Shown piece by piece: positions 39,786 through 52,682 of a DNA stretch of 64,000 nucleotides. Under the pieces are notes generated by a model. That model was not told where the DNA came from. It did not search any database and saw nothing but the letters and a program-made list of their open reading frames with translations. Position 1 is the first letter of the stretch; each line of letters opens with the position of its first letter. Position numbers and translations under genes: made by a program. This DNA comes from the human T2T-CHM13v2.0 reference genome, Homo sapiens, in the NCBI RefSeq assembly GCF_009914755.1, contig NC_060934.1; one strand, written 5' to 3'.

Positions 39786-40091
39786 GGCTGGGCATGGTGG
39801 CTCAGGCCTGTAATCCTAGCACTTTGGGAGGCTGAGGCAGCTGGATCACCTGAGCCCAGGAGTTCAAGACCAACATAGGCAACATGGCAAAACCCTGTCT
39901 CTACAAGAAAAAAAAAAAAAAAGCCAGGCCTGGTGGTGTGCACTTGTAATCCCAAGTCCCAGCTACTCAGGAGGCTGAGGTGGGAGGAATGCTTGAGTCT
40001 AGGAGGTCAAGGCTGCAGTGAGCCCTGATTGTGCCACTGCACTCCAGCCTGTGCAAAAGAGTAAGGTCCTGCCTCAAGGGGAAAAAAAAAA
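39786..40091 (+). mobile_element. AluJ
   Basis: J-type 'gaggtcaaggctgcagtgagcc'; TSD aaagtaacaccctttt / aaagtaacacctcttt. Confidence 0.92.
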
Positions 40092-40422
40092 AAAGTAACA
40101 CCTCTTTGAGTCAAGCAAGAATGGCCCAGCAGTCCCCAAGAACAGTCAAATGCAAATGCAGTGAAGAGGTTCTGTATAGGGACCTAGACCGTGGTATTGG
40201 TAAGTCTGGGGGTAGAGCACATGCAGGTAAGACTGAGTCAAGAAGCCTTCTGTACAGTGGACAGATATGGACCTCGAAGTCAGGCCGGTTTGAATTCTAT
40301 TCCTGCCTCTACCATTTTACCAGCTATGAATACTTGAATTATCAACTTAATCTCCCTCAGCCTTAATATCTCCATCTGTAAACTGGAGAATAAAAGTGCC
40401 TCCCTCATGTTTGTGATAATGA

Positions 40423-40917
40423 TGTATTGAGCCAGTCCTGAGCCTTCTTGTTCTCAAATTGATTTCTCATCCTTCCAATGGTCTGCTTCCTATGGTAGGG
40501 GGCTGTTGCCTATATGCTGTGGTTCTTGGCTGGCTTGGCCAACAGGAAACCCCAAGGAAGACTGGAAGGTGAGAAAAAAGAAGAAGCCGTGGCATTCTCC
40601 CTCTTTCTGACTTGGTGGCATCTGTGCAGTGACTTCTGTTACGGCTCTTGTTCCCACCAGATTTTCCCACCATGGTTCTAGCTCCTACTGAGTAACCCCA
40701 TCCCATGGCCTCTAGCTACCCTTCATCCTTCTGTTGTCCTTCCAGCCCAGGAATGGAGGTAGGTGCTTGCTATGGCTAATTTCTGGGTTGTCTCTTGTCC
40801 CAGATTGTCTTGTTGGTTTTTCCACAACCAAGTCCCTGGTTTATTTTCCCTTTGTTTCAAATACTTCTCAGTGGTTCCTTTTTTTTCCCCCTTTTTCCTC
40901 CTAATTAAAACCTTACA
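40423..40917 (+). mobile_element. LTR33-family ERVL LTR
   Basis: 'ggctggcttggccaacaggaaaccccaaggaagactggaagg...ccttccagcccaggaatggaggtag...taatttctgggttgtctc'. Confidence 0.65.
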
Positions 40918-41109
40918 TTATAATGCTCCAAGTATAGGGCTCAGTACTATTTATGCTGTGTAAGTTGGAGGTATTACAATTAAGTCTATTATAATAAGCT
41001 GCTGCTTATTCCCAGGGGCCTCCTGCTGTTGTACTCAGTATGAGTACACTGGGGCAAGATGGCTGACCACAGCCAAATCTGTTTGAGCAGCTTTCCCAAG
41101 CTTGAAATA

Positions 41110-41365
41110 GTAATGATAGTCAACATTTACATAATGCTTACTTTGTGCTAGGCATGGTTCTAATTGCTTCATTTAAATGAACTCACTTAATCTTCACCAT
41201 AACCCTATGAGGTAGACACTATTACTATTGGGAATGAGGCAACAACAAAAAAATACAGTGACTTGCCCAAGGTCATAGAGCTAGTAGGTGATAGGGCCAC
41301 AATTCAGCCCCAGGAAGTCTGGCACAAGAAGCTGTGCTCTGTAACCCCTATTCTACGCTGCCTCT
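41110..41365 (-). mobile_element. MIR remnant
   Basis: 'gcttactttgtgctaggca...aaccctatgaggtag...gacttgcccaaggtcatagagctagt'. Confidence 0.8.
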
Positions 41366-42049
41366 CAAGATGACTGCCTCAGAACCAGGAAAAACAATTT
41401 ACTTTCATTCTCAGTGGCCACTGCCACTCAACTTGGAAGCCTCCTATGTGAAGACATCTCTCTCTCTCATACCCAATTTCAGACCTGCACAAGAACCATG
41501 GCATCTTGATACAGCATCCCTACCCAGCCCGGCCCAGGGAGGTCCGGCATCTAGCTCTGAAGCTGCTTGGCACCTACTGCCCTTTTTTCTGCTTTAATAG
41601 ACACCCCTAGTGGAGCCTGAGCATGCAGGAATCCATAAGCCATTAACTGGAGCTATATTAAGCCTATAAAAATCAATGCTAACTTTCCAATAACCTTCTT
41701 ATAAATTAGTTTATCAGATGATTTTACTCATTCACTAATTAACTGAAGGCAGAAGGGAACTAACATTTATTGCATGCTTACTCTGTGTTCAGCTGTCTAG
41801 AGCTCTACATGTAACATCTCTTTTCCTGTTCATCCTCTTAGAAACCTGAGAGGAAAATGACTCCCACTTTACAGATAGGAAAACTGAGTTCAGAAATGCT
41901 GAGTGACTGCTGAGTGAGACCATAATTTAAATCCTCATCTGACTCCACTATACCACAGTCACCTTTGAGCTAAGATGAGGACGCTGTCTAAATGGGAATT
42001 TTGAAGTGTGGTTACAAAAAAAAGCATAATTAGGAAGGTTGGGACACTT

Positions 42050-42947
42050 CCCATGGAAATTCCAAAATTTCTATAGACCAGCTACCACTCTGTAGCTCAC
42101 GTTTTTCCCTTTTGAACAGGAATGTCTATAGCAGTTAGGCTATGCCTGCCCCACCACTGTATGTTGAGTGGGGCCCAGCAGGTAACTGCCTCTTTAATTT
42201 CATAGATCCTCATATTGACAGAAACTGTACTCAAGAAACTGTGCTTAACTATATTCAAGGAGTCTCATCCTCCCCTGAACCTGATATGCATCATGATATT
42301 TGGAACATAGAGCTGATACTTTATAAATGGTTTTTGGGAATTACTGAATATACTTTGCATGTGAGAGAGATGTGACTTGTCAGGGACCAGAGGGCAAAAG
42401 GTAGTAGGCAGCCTTTAATGTGACTCCTAATGATCCCCACCTCCAAGTATTCATATCCTTGTGTAATTCCCTCCCCTCATGAGCTGGACCTAACAATTTG
42501 CTTCTAATGAATAGAATACTACAAAGGGGATGAGTTTGGGTTACAAAAAAAAGACTCTGGCTTGTGTCTTGCTTATTCCCTCTTGCTCTCTATTGTTTCC
42601 TCTGCTATACTCTAGTTGCCATGTTGTTAGCTGTCCTTAGGAGAGACCCACGTGGCAACTCAGGGAGATCTCAGCCTAACTGCCAGCAAAGAACCCAGGT
42701 CCAGCAATCCACAAGAAACAGAATGCTGCCAAATCCAAGAGTACATTTGGAAACAGTTCTTTCCCCAGTCAAGCCTTCATATGAGACTGCAGCCCTGGAT
42801 GGCATAGTCATTAAAGCCTTGAGAAAGATCCTGAGACAGGAACATGTAGATTTATGATCCAGAGAGACTGTGAAATAATAAATGTTTATTGTTTTAAACC
42901 ACTAAATTTGGGGGTAATTTCTTATGCAGCAATAGACAACTAATAGA
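42050..42947 (+). mobile_element. MLT1F-like LTR (about 42400-42947) with adjacent internal 3' sequence
   Basis: Purine tract 'cagggaccagagggcaaa' precedes LTR 'aatgatccccacctcc...ccagtcaagccttcatatgagactgcagccc...cactaaatttgggggtaatttcttatgcagcaatagacaactaata'. Confidence 0.8.
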
Positions 42948-44044
42948 CTGAGTATCTCATCTCATTCATGATCCCTTCCAAGTGGTGCTTGAGAGAATGC
43001 CATTTAGTTCCAAATTCAGCTCTCCAGGAAAGAGGAAAGGAAGGAAATAAACACTTATTGAGTACTTACTAAATTTTAAGCACTTATCTTGGTGATTTAT
43101 TATCACATTTTATCCTCTCCCCAAAAAAACCCTCTTATTTCCATCTTACAGTTGAGGAAGCTGAGGCTTTGAGTCAGTAATTAGGTCACCTAGGTCATGA
43201 AGCTGATCAGCATCTAAGCTGGGGGTGAGGGGTTTGAACATAGGCTCCTCAGCCTGCAAAGCTAATTATCTTTCCACTAGCCACACTGTTGAAGATGGAC
43301 ATACACTGTGCCTAATTCCATGGCAGTTGTTTTGCTGCATTATGTTATTTAGTTTGTCAAGTTTTCTAAAGAAAGAAAACAAGCAGATCAGCAGACACCG
43401 AGAGCAGACATTTTTCCTGTGCTTGAGGCACAAAAGATAAAGGAGAAGGAACTTGTTGAATAGGATAAAAGGATACAGTTTCACATCCTCTCCCCATACC
43501 CCTTCTTGGTCTCAAACCTCACACACAAACCCTCTCCCCCATCTAACTTCATTTGGCTCTTTATTTGCAGATGACCAAGCAGGTCATCTCCATATTGGTG
43601 GAGAGCTCCAGAGACTGCTTGGCTGAAAATGAAGACAACCTTTAAACATGGTGGGAGGGAGGAGCAGGATGGGGCAAGGGTGGACACGGACAGGAAATGC
43701 CCTAGGGCACCAAGTCTCTTCTGGGGAAACAGCCACAAGGAGAAAATCAATACTGATTACACCTTTGCTCCAATTTTAAATATTTCCTCTCCCCAATACA
43801 AGCCTCTACTTTGAGATTATTATTACCCTTCCTCCCCACAGGGCTTCTCTCAACTAGTCTCTGCCTGCCAGCTTCCTAGACCCATGTTGAAGTTGAGGCT
43901 GTGGTCTTCCAGCAACATGGCTAGTATATTCGCCCCATACATTTTGGGAAAATACATATTCTCCAAAAATAAATAAACTTTTTTATGTTAAATAGAAGAG
44001 TACATTTTCAAACATATATTTTTCCAGGATGTCAAATATATATT

Positions 44045-45780
44045 TTTAAATTTTTTGAGTTAATTGTAGATTCAGATGCAGTTGTAAGAAATAATACAGA
44101 GAGATCCTGTACCATTTACCCAGTTTACCACAATGTTTGCAAAACTATAGTACAATATCCCATCCAGGACATCGACATTGATGCAGCCAAGATTCAGAAC
44201 AGTTCCTGCACCATGAGGATCTTACTACCCCTTATGGCCAAACTCACTTTCCTCCTACCACCTTCAGCCCCCATATTAGTTTGCTAGGACTGCCATTAAA
44301 AAGCACCACAAACTGGATGGCTAAAACAGAAATTTATTTTCTCACAGTTCTGGAGGCTAGGGGTCCAAGATCAATGGTTCAGCAAGCTGGGTTCCTTCTG
44401 AGTGGTATGAGAGAATCCTGTTTCATTTCCTGGCTTCTGATGGTTTGCTGGCCATCTTGGGTGTTCCTTGACTTACATATCTCTGCTTTCATTGTCACAG
44501 AGTGTTCTCCCTGTGTGTTATCTTTAAATTTCCCCCTTTTAAAAGAGCACCACTCATATTGGATTAGGGTCTCACCCTACTCCAGGTTGACCTCATCTTA
44601 ACTAATTTTATCTGCAATGACCCTATTTCCACATTAAGTCCCATTCCGAGATACTAGGGGTTAAGACCGCCACATGTGAATTTTGGGGAGATAGAATTCG
44701 ATCCATAACACCCCTCCCTATCCTCAGCCTCTGGCAATCACCAGTCATTTCTGAAACCCCTGTCTATAATATTGTCATTTCAAGAATGTTATATAAATGG
44801 AATTCTACCTTAGGTATTAGCTTTTTTTCACTTAACATATTTCTTCAGAGAGTCATCCAAGTCATTGAGTATATCAATTGTATATCAATTGAGTATATCA
44901 GTTGTATGCTGAGCATTATACAGATGGACCATGGTTTAATCTTTCACCTGTTGAAGAACACCTGGACTTACTCTAGTTTTTGGCCATTATAAATAAAGCT
45001 GATATGAACATTCACGCACAGGTTTCTTCATACGAATGTAAGTTTTTATTTCTCTAGGATCAATGCCCAGAAATGAAATTGCTAGATTATATTGTAATTG
45101 TATGTTTAGTTTTTAAGAAACTGCCAAAGTATTTTCCAGAATGATGGTACTATCTTACATTCTTCCACAGCAAGGTATGAGTGATCCGATTTCTCTGCAA
45201 CTTTGCCAACAATTGCTGTAACTAATTTCGTTTTTAGTCATTCTTATAGGGCTATAGTGATATCTCACTGAGGTGTCAATTTGACCTGATGGTTAATGGT
45301 GTTGAATGAACATCTGTTTGATTATTTACCATGGGGACATCCTCTTCATAGAAATGTCTCGTGTCTTTTGCCCATTTTCTAACTAGATTGTTTGCTTTAG
45401 TTTTTAACTTGAGCTTTGATAATTCTCTCTATATTACAGATACTAGTGTTCTGTCACATTTGTGGTTTGCAAATATTTTCTCCCAGTCTATAACTTGTCT
45501 TTTGATCCTCTTCACATGGGCTTTCTCATAGTGGAAGTTTTTAATTATGAAGAGGTCTAATTTACCAATTTTTGCTTTTATGGATTGTGCTTTTTTTAGT
45601 GTTAACTCATTGCCCTAAATCTTGAAATTTTTTTTCCTAAAGTTTTATCATTTTATAGTTTTATAGTTTACATATAAGTCCATGATCCGTAATTTTTATA
45701 TAATACGTGAGACTTAGTTGAAGGTTTTTTCTTTTCGTCTTTTGCCTATGGATGTCCAATTTTCGAGTACCATTTCTTGG
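44045..45780 (-). mobile_element. L1MC-type 3' end and ORF2 remnant, interrupted by MLT1C
   Basis: 'gcagttgtaagaaataatacagagagatcc...tttacccagttt', 'gaaactgccaaagtattttccaga', 'tttgcaaatattttctcccagtct'. Confidence 0.85.
44272..44710 (-). mobile_element. MLT1C-like solo LTR nested in L1MC
   Basis: 'attagtttgctaggactgcc...ctcacagttctggaggctag...atctgcaatgaccctatttcc...ccataaca'. Confidence 0.88.
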
Positions 45781-46869
45781 GTAGGTGGATGGGTGATTTG
45801 TTATTGTATCCTAGTAATTTTGTCTACTGTGTTAGAAGCTTTTGGTCCTATTTAAGTCTCTTATTTTAGCAGAATGTCACCCTGTTTAAGTTGAGGTTAA
45901 GCTCATGTGTCTTGACTTACTGTTGCGGGCTGTGCTTCCAAAGGAACCTCAGATCCTTTGTGGCGTTTGGTTTGCTTGGTTTTTCTGGTGATGCTGAGGC
46001 TCCACTGGTTCTCCACTGGTGCTACCTATGAAAGTGGAAGGGCTTTCTCCAGGCTCTACCACCAAGTATAGCAGAGAGGCAGAATCATTTTAATCAGACA
46101 AATGATATAATCAGTATTGTATTCTAGAATTGCTTTTCTCATGTAATAATGTAAGCATATTTTACTATATTGCTTTTATGTAAACTCTGAAGCACTCATC
46201 TTTAATGGTTCTTATATTTTAACCCCCAGGTTATATCCAGAAGTTAGCACCCTGGGATATAAGAAACTGAGAACTTAACATTGGTATTCCTGTCTCATTT
46301 TGTTTTTTAGGAGATATCTGGTGAGTTAATCTCAGATGTTGTCTTCCTTGCCCCCTTAACATTCCAGGAAAGAGTTCAGTGAAAACAATTGTTTCAAGGC
46401 CAGAAGAGTTCTTTGGGGAGTATTATCCAGCTCTGGAATTTGAATTGTGAGTTTCAATTCCCCTTTTCAAAGTTCTATAAAATAAGAGGTTACGTTTTTT
46501 AACTATGATTAATTTTAAGAACAGACGAAGATTAACATTATCTTCAGGCCTTTTCCAACAAGCTGGCTAGATATATAAGCTCCATTTGGCTTGGGGATTC
46601 TTCTACAAGCATAAGCAAAGAACACAGAGTTTCTACCTAATCCTATGACACTGGGATGCCCCTTCAAATTGTTTAGCCCTGACAAACCCATCATCTTCGT
46701 CTGTAAGGTCTTTTCTCTGCCTAGTCTTCTCCAGTGAAATTGTTCTCTGAAGTAGCAGGGCATTGCTTCCCACAGCTTGAAAAAAAATAATAGCTCCTCT
46801 CTTGCTTTCCCAGATTCTGAACTTTTCTTTCTGGTTCTAGGAAAACGCTTTTATTTTCACAGATTAGGT

Positions 46870-47040
46870 TATAGAGCAGACTACAGGTTCAAACCCTTGC
46901 TCTGCCACTTATGGTCCAAAGTGCTTCAGTATTCTCATCCATAAAATGGGAAACAAAATAGAAGCTACCTCATAGGATGTTATGAGGATTAAATGAGCTA
47001 ATACATGTAAAAGCCCTGAGACTGGGACCTCACATTTAAT
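46870..47040 (+). mobile_element. MIR remnant
   Basis: 'ggttcaaacccttgctctgccactt...ctacctcataggatgttatgaggattaaatgagctaatacatgtaaa'. Confidence 0.8.
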
Positions 47041-48640
47041 CATCGTCATCACCATCCTCTTCATCGCCATCTGCATTCTCGTCACCCTCTGAGGCACTTC
47101 CTTTTTTCCCCACCAGGACACCTAGCATAAGCTCCTTCATGCCTGGGGATGCTGAAAAGCAAAGTCACAGACAGGCTTATCTTACAGCCCATGTTTGCCC
47201 TTCGTACAGCCACAAACCTCTCCAAGCCAGGACCCTAGAGCCCACTACTCATTTTGGAAAACGGAAAGCAGGAAAATCATAAATCATTATCTGCAAAGAT
47301 TACCCTGTCAATTATGATGGTTTCAAAACTGCATATATTTGTCAAATCTCATTGAATAGTATACTTGAAATTCATGCATTTTATTGTATGTAAATTATAC
47401 CTCAGTAAAGCTGACAAGAGAAATTACTCTGCTGCATGAATAACACTATACTTAAAGAAATTATTTGGGGAGAAATACCTTGAAATGCGGATTTATTTAA
47501 TGGGAGAAATTACCATTCTAGGTTTTCTTAGTTTTTCCAATGTCTCTGCTATGCAATGAAGCCAAAGCTTTTAATCATAAATTACCCAGTGACTTGGGTG
47601 GTGGGGAATGATATTTGCCTGTCTATATATTCAACAAATAAGAGCAGAAAACAGTCTTCTGTCCCTAAATTTTTTAAAAGTCTGGGATCACGACAAAATA
47701 ATAATCACAACTTTTGTGTGCGTTTGTTAGCGCTAATTTAGAGCTACACATGCCTACACAAGGTACTGCATTTGATTACTTCAATGGCCCAATGTGTCAG
47801 TAAGCCAGATATTGTCCCCACTTGACAGAGGAGATATTCATGTCCAGAATGAGAAGGTGACTTGCCCAAGGTCGCACAGATGGGAAGTCCCATCCAGGCC
47901 TTGAGCCCTGGTATTTTATAGCTAAATACCCTGTTTTATTTGTTACATCATTGGACACAATCATCATATTTTCAGGTCCTGGAATTGGCCATATTTCCCT
48001 CCAGGGTCTAGCAGTACAGATTCCTATTATAAAGTAGGATGCTGCTGGTGTGAGTCTTGAGCCTTGTGTTGTCATCCTGCAGTGAATGCCATATTGTTAT
48101 CACACTGGCCTCACAGGAACAGATGGAGAGAAAATGCAGAATGTTCTTCCTCCTGCTCCTGTTGTCTTGATCCACATGAATTGTGATGCAGCAGAGGGAA
48201 AATGAAAAGGTAGCAGTTTGCCTCTAAAGCATCAAATTGCCATCTGGTCTGAAGGGAATTATTTATTATTTAACCATTGCCACGTAGAATTTGAGACAGC
48301 TCCAAAAAGAGAGTTTTTGTTTTTCATTGAGGAGTTGGACAGTTTCAGAAGCAAATTTTACCATCTTTTTATTTTCTGGCCCACAGATAAGGGGTCATTT
48401 CTTCAAATTAGACAATGAATTGATCTGCTTAACACTGCAAGGATCTCCTGGAATCTCTAGAAAGAAAAGGAGAATCAAATGGTGATGGATGAGATTTCCA
48501 TCTGCAGGAATGACCCAGTTGAGTTGTGCAAATGGAAGCTGGAAAAACCTGGGAACAATCAAGTTTAATCATTGAGCATTGGAGACACTCTCCAAGGGCA
48601 ACAATGGAACACACTGTATCTCAGAACGCTGCAACCTCTT

Positions 48641-49028
48641 TGTATTAATTTGCTAGGGCTGCCATAACAAAGTACCACAGACTGGGTGGCTTAACAACAG
48701 AAATTTATTTTCTTGTGGTTCTGGAGGCCAGAAGTCCAAGATAAAGGTGTCAGTAGGATTTCTGATGAGGTCTCTTTCCTCAGCTTGTACATGGCTGTCT
48801 TCTCCCTGTGTCATCACATGGTCTTCCCTCTGTACCTGTATCCAAATTTTTTCTTCTTATAAGGATAGCAGTCATATTGAATTAAGACCCACCCTAAAGA
48901 CATCATTTTAACTTAACTATGTCTTTAAAAACCTATCTCCAAATACAGTCGCATTCTGAGGTACTAGAGATTAGCCTTCAACCAATGAATTTAGTAGGGT
49001 GAGTGGAATCACAATTCGCTTCATAACA
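48641..49028 (-). mobile_element. MLT1B-like solo LTR
   Basis: 'tgtattaatttgctagggctgccataacaaagtaccacagactgggtggctta...ctatctccaaatacagtcgcattctgaggtact...cataaca'. Confidence 0.88.
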
Positions 49029-49049
49029 CTCCATGAAAGTATTTATCTT

Positions 49050-49237
49050 ACACACTGGGGACTGTTGTGGGGTGGGGGGAGCGGGGAGGGATAGCATTAG
49101 GAGATATACCTAATGCTAAATGACAAGTTAATGGGTGCAGCACACCAACAATGCACATGTATACATATGTAACAAACCTGCACGTTGTGCACATGTACCC
49201 TAAAACTTAAAGTATAATAATAATAAAACTTTTTAAA
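49050..49237 (+). mobile_element. Young L1PA (about PA2-PA4) 5'-truncated 3'UTR fragment
   Basis: 'ggggagggatagcattaggagatatacctaatgctaaatgac...gtaccctaaaacttaaagtataat'; 14-bp TSD AAAGTATTTATCTT at 49036-49049 and 49238-49251. Confidence 0.95.
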
Positions 49238-49250
49238 AAAGTATTTATCT

Positions 49251-49700
49251 TGTGGTGAGACCTCTGAATCTCAGATCTATTTCCAATCTTTACCTTGACC
49301 TATTTACTGCCGAAAACTACATTTCCCAGGCTCCCTTGCCAACTGGCTCTGGATAGGTAGAAGGCATTGGTGAAAGACCAAATGATGGGAGAAGAGGAAC
49401 AGCCCTCTAAAAGTAGCTGACTCTTCCCCATTGACCCAGGGCCATGTGCTCATTTCTATTGAGCGTATCTCCAGAGAGATAGCCATGGTTTCCAGATTTT
49501 TGTAACCCCATCTCCTTCCTTTATCTTTCCATTCCTAAGGGTGGAAGTAGCTTTCCGCAGTTGTTAATCTCAGAGGTGCTTCAGTATCTTCTGTTTGGCT
49601 TCTCAGCTCTTCATTGCCTAGCTAGCCAATTTCCAATATTAACTTCACTCTTTCTGAAAGACTCAGAATGTCCTGTTTCTCTACTGGACTCTGAATATTA
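49251..49700 (+). mobile_element. LTR33-family ERVL LTR
   Basis: 'actacatttcccaggctcccttgccaactggctctgg...ctaagggtggaagtagctttccgcagttgttaatctc'. Confidence 0.65.
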
Positions 49701-50289
49701 TGTCCCCAATCTGAGAAAAATGTTTCCGTCAGAAGGCAAAAATAAAGGTCAGCCTAGAATCTTAAAACACAAAGGAATGACGCCTATGTGATAATAAAAT
49801 AATAAAAAAAATTCTCTCTACTAGAGTTTCTTTCTAGGTGACAAGATAGACATTAGTAAAGGTCTCACAAACTGCAAAATTATGTGATCCCCAGACTCAC
49901 AGCCAGCAGCCAAAGCCACTGAGAAAGCTTAAACTTCAATGTCCCCAACCTTCATGGGCCCCTTCCAAGGCCCTGAGAGAAACCTCAGCTATGTGTTATA
50001 TGGTCATTTTTTTTTTGTAACATTTTTTAAAGAAACATATTTTTGCATTAAAGAGAATCTCAAAATTTGCATAAGCTTCAAGCCCAGAAAAACTTCATTA
50101 CACCTGCTGCAATTATTTTAGAATTGGCAAGCAGGGCTTAGCCCTTACAGAAGCAGATATGAGCATTTGATTGAAGACCTCAATCTGTTTGTTCTCTGGA
50201 CTCTTGAATCTTGGACACTGATCATTAGTTGGAATCAACTCCTGGCCATAGTCATTCTTGTTCTTCAAAATTCTGCTGAGGCAACAGTT

Positions 50290-50550
50290 TGCAGTTAAGT
50301 ATATGCTCTAGGGTCAGACAGCCTCGACTACATTCCCAGCTCCACCTCGACTATATTCCCAGCTCCATCTCCATATTACTGTATGACCTTGAGCCTCTCA
50401 TTTCTCATCTATTAAATGGAGATCATGTTAGTACCTAGTTTACAGGGTTGTTCTGAGGATTTGGTGAGATGATCCAGGCAAACAGTTTAAAGGGTGCCAT
50501 AAACCCTTTATGTAGTAAGTGCTACATGAATGTCAGCCATTGTTAATATT
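50290..50550 (+). mobile_element. MIR remnant with 23-bp tandem duplication
   Basis: 'tttctcatctattaaatggagatcatgttagtacctagtttacagggttgttctgaggat'. Confidence 0.75.
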
Positions 50551-51139
50551 AATATGGACTTGATCTCATACCTCCTGAGCCTTTGTTCCTATCTCTGTGT
50601 TTCTTTGCCGAGACTCACTCAGCCACCCCACTGTGAACACTTTCCTGCCTCTGAATGGTAAGCTGACTGCCTGGCCTCTGCCAGCTGTGTCCAAGCCTCC
50701 TTGGAAAATGGACATTGACAGCTTTTTTTTTCAGCCCACTGGTGCAGGGGCTCCACACTGCTCCTGGATTTCTCTTGGCCTTCCTAGCCACATGCAGCAC
50801 TGCTCCCACCAGGTAGCAGGTTAACTCTGTTTCTAGAAGCATCTTCTTGGACCACAGCAGCAAATGACGAAGCTTAACAAGCAGGAAATTACTGCCAGGA
50901 CCTCCTCCTACCCTCTCATGAACTCTGTTTCTCCATTTCATGCCAGAGCTCCTGTGACATTTGATATTTTGGGGTCCTTTCCAATACATTTTCCTTAACT
51001 TCCAACTCTATGCTTTCTACTGCTATGTCCCCACTTCTGCCAAAATTCCCAACTATTCATGGCCTATCTTTATTATTGTTACTATTAGGAAAGAAAACTG
51101 ATATGAGTAAGATGGGAATTAATGACAGCTCCATTTGCA

Positions 51140-51850
51140 TTTTTTTGAGGTTTTCTTTCTTTAAATAAGTATATCATGTAATACTTAAGATTTACAAAGA
51201 GAAATAAATAATAATACAGTGAAGCTCTATATACAGGTATCCAGCTTAAGAAGTAAAATATTATCATCTAAAGCTCCCAATGTACTCCTTCCCTAGCATT
51301 TTGCCCTCCCTCCTCCCAGAGGTAACCACATCCTGAATTTGGTATTAATCCTTCCCTCGTTTATATTTTCCCTACATACAGGTAGATAGGCATTCCTACA
51401 GCGAGCTAAAGAACACAAATAGTATTTCTATAAAGGGTAAAAACAAATCTAGTTGATTTTTTACCCAAATGACTCTATGGTTGGCCCAATAAGAAAGATT
51501 TGGAAGATGTCAGAAGGGAAGGCCAAATATTTGGTGAGTGTTTCATTTTTAAATTTCCAGCTCTAAAATTTATTTTGGTTCTACTTTTTATAGTTTTATT
51601 TTTCTATTGATTTTCTTTTCAATAATTATGACTATCTTTTTTTAAATTCTTGAGCACATTTACAATAAGCTCTTTAAAGTGCTTGCCTGCTAATTTCAAA
51701 ATCAGAATCATCCTGTCTTTCTTTACTTACTGTTTTTCCTCTTGACTATGGCTCACGTTTCCCTGTTTCTCTGCATGTCTAGTAACTTTTTTAGCATGCT
51801 GGACATTGTGCACGGTAAGTTGCGCAGACAATAATCTGTCACATTCTTCT
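51140..51850 (-). mobile_element. L1ME-type remnants
   Basis: 'cctcccagaggtaaccacatcctgaatttgg', 'ttccagctctaaaattt', 'gcatgtctagtaac...gctggacattgtg'. Confidence 0.55.
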
Positions 51851-52459
51851 GAAGAAGGTTGGGTGATGAGTGCACTGGAGGCATTAGGTCAGATTTCTGG
51901 AGAGTCCTGTAAATCTTTGTCTAACTGTTGGTCCCGGTAGGAAAATGCTAGTGCCTATGAAAAGTGAATTTGAGCATTCATATGGGAAATAGAAGTTGTC
52001 CTGCTTACTGCAAAATTGTATTTACTTGATGAGTTAGAAGCTTCCAGTGGAATTATACTGATAGTTTACTTAAGAAATATGTCCTATAATGACCATAAAG
52101 TTTGGGCAGAAAGTAAAACAGGTCTATAAGCACAATCCATCACAATATTTTTGTTGTGGAGAGTTTGGTGATATAAGAAATTATTGAGGCATATTACCTC
52201 CTCCAAGGCAGTCCCTACTTACCAAGAAAATACAAACCATATTTTTGTGATACTGTTTCCAGGTTATTGAAACAGCCGAACAGATTTACCTGTGAAAACT
52301 CAAGGTATAATACATATGAAAGCACTATTGCTCTGTTTGAAGTAAATTATGCCAAGAACTTTGTTCACTGACATCCCTGCCCCAGGAAAAGAGGTTTTTG
52401 AGTTACGTATCAGTGAATAGGTCTCCGAAGGACAGAGTCTGCAAACTATTCCTGTAGAC

Positions 52460-52682
52460 CAGTGGTTGGCAAACTTTCTATAAAAGGCCATATAGTAAAT
52501 ATTTTAGGCTTTGTAAACCATATGGTCTCCATTCACAATTACTCAAACTTTCCATTGTAGCACAAAAGCAGCAATGAACAATATACAAATGAATGGGTTT
52601 GGCTGTGTCCCAGTAAATCTTTATTCATAAAAACAGATGGTGGGCCAAATTTGGCCCACAAGCTACAGTTTGCTGATCTCTG
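52460..52682 (+). mobile_element. MER58A hAT MITE
   Basis: TIRs CAGTGGTTGGCAAACT...AGTTTGCTGATCTCTG; 'atagtaaatattttaggctttg'. Confidence 0.9.
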
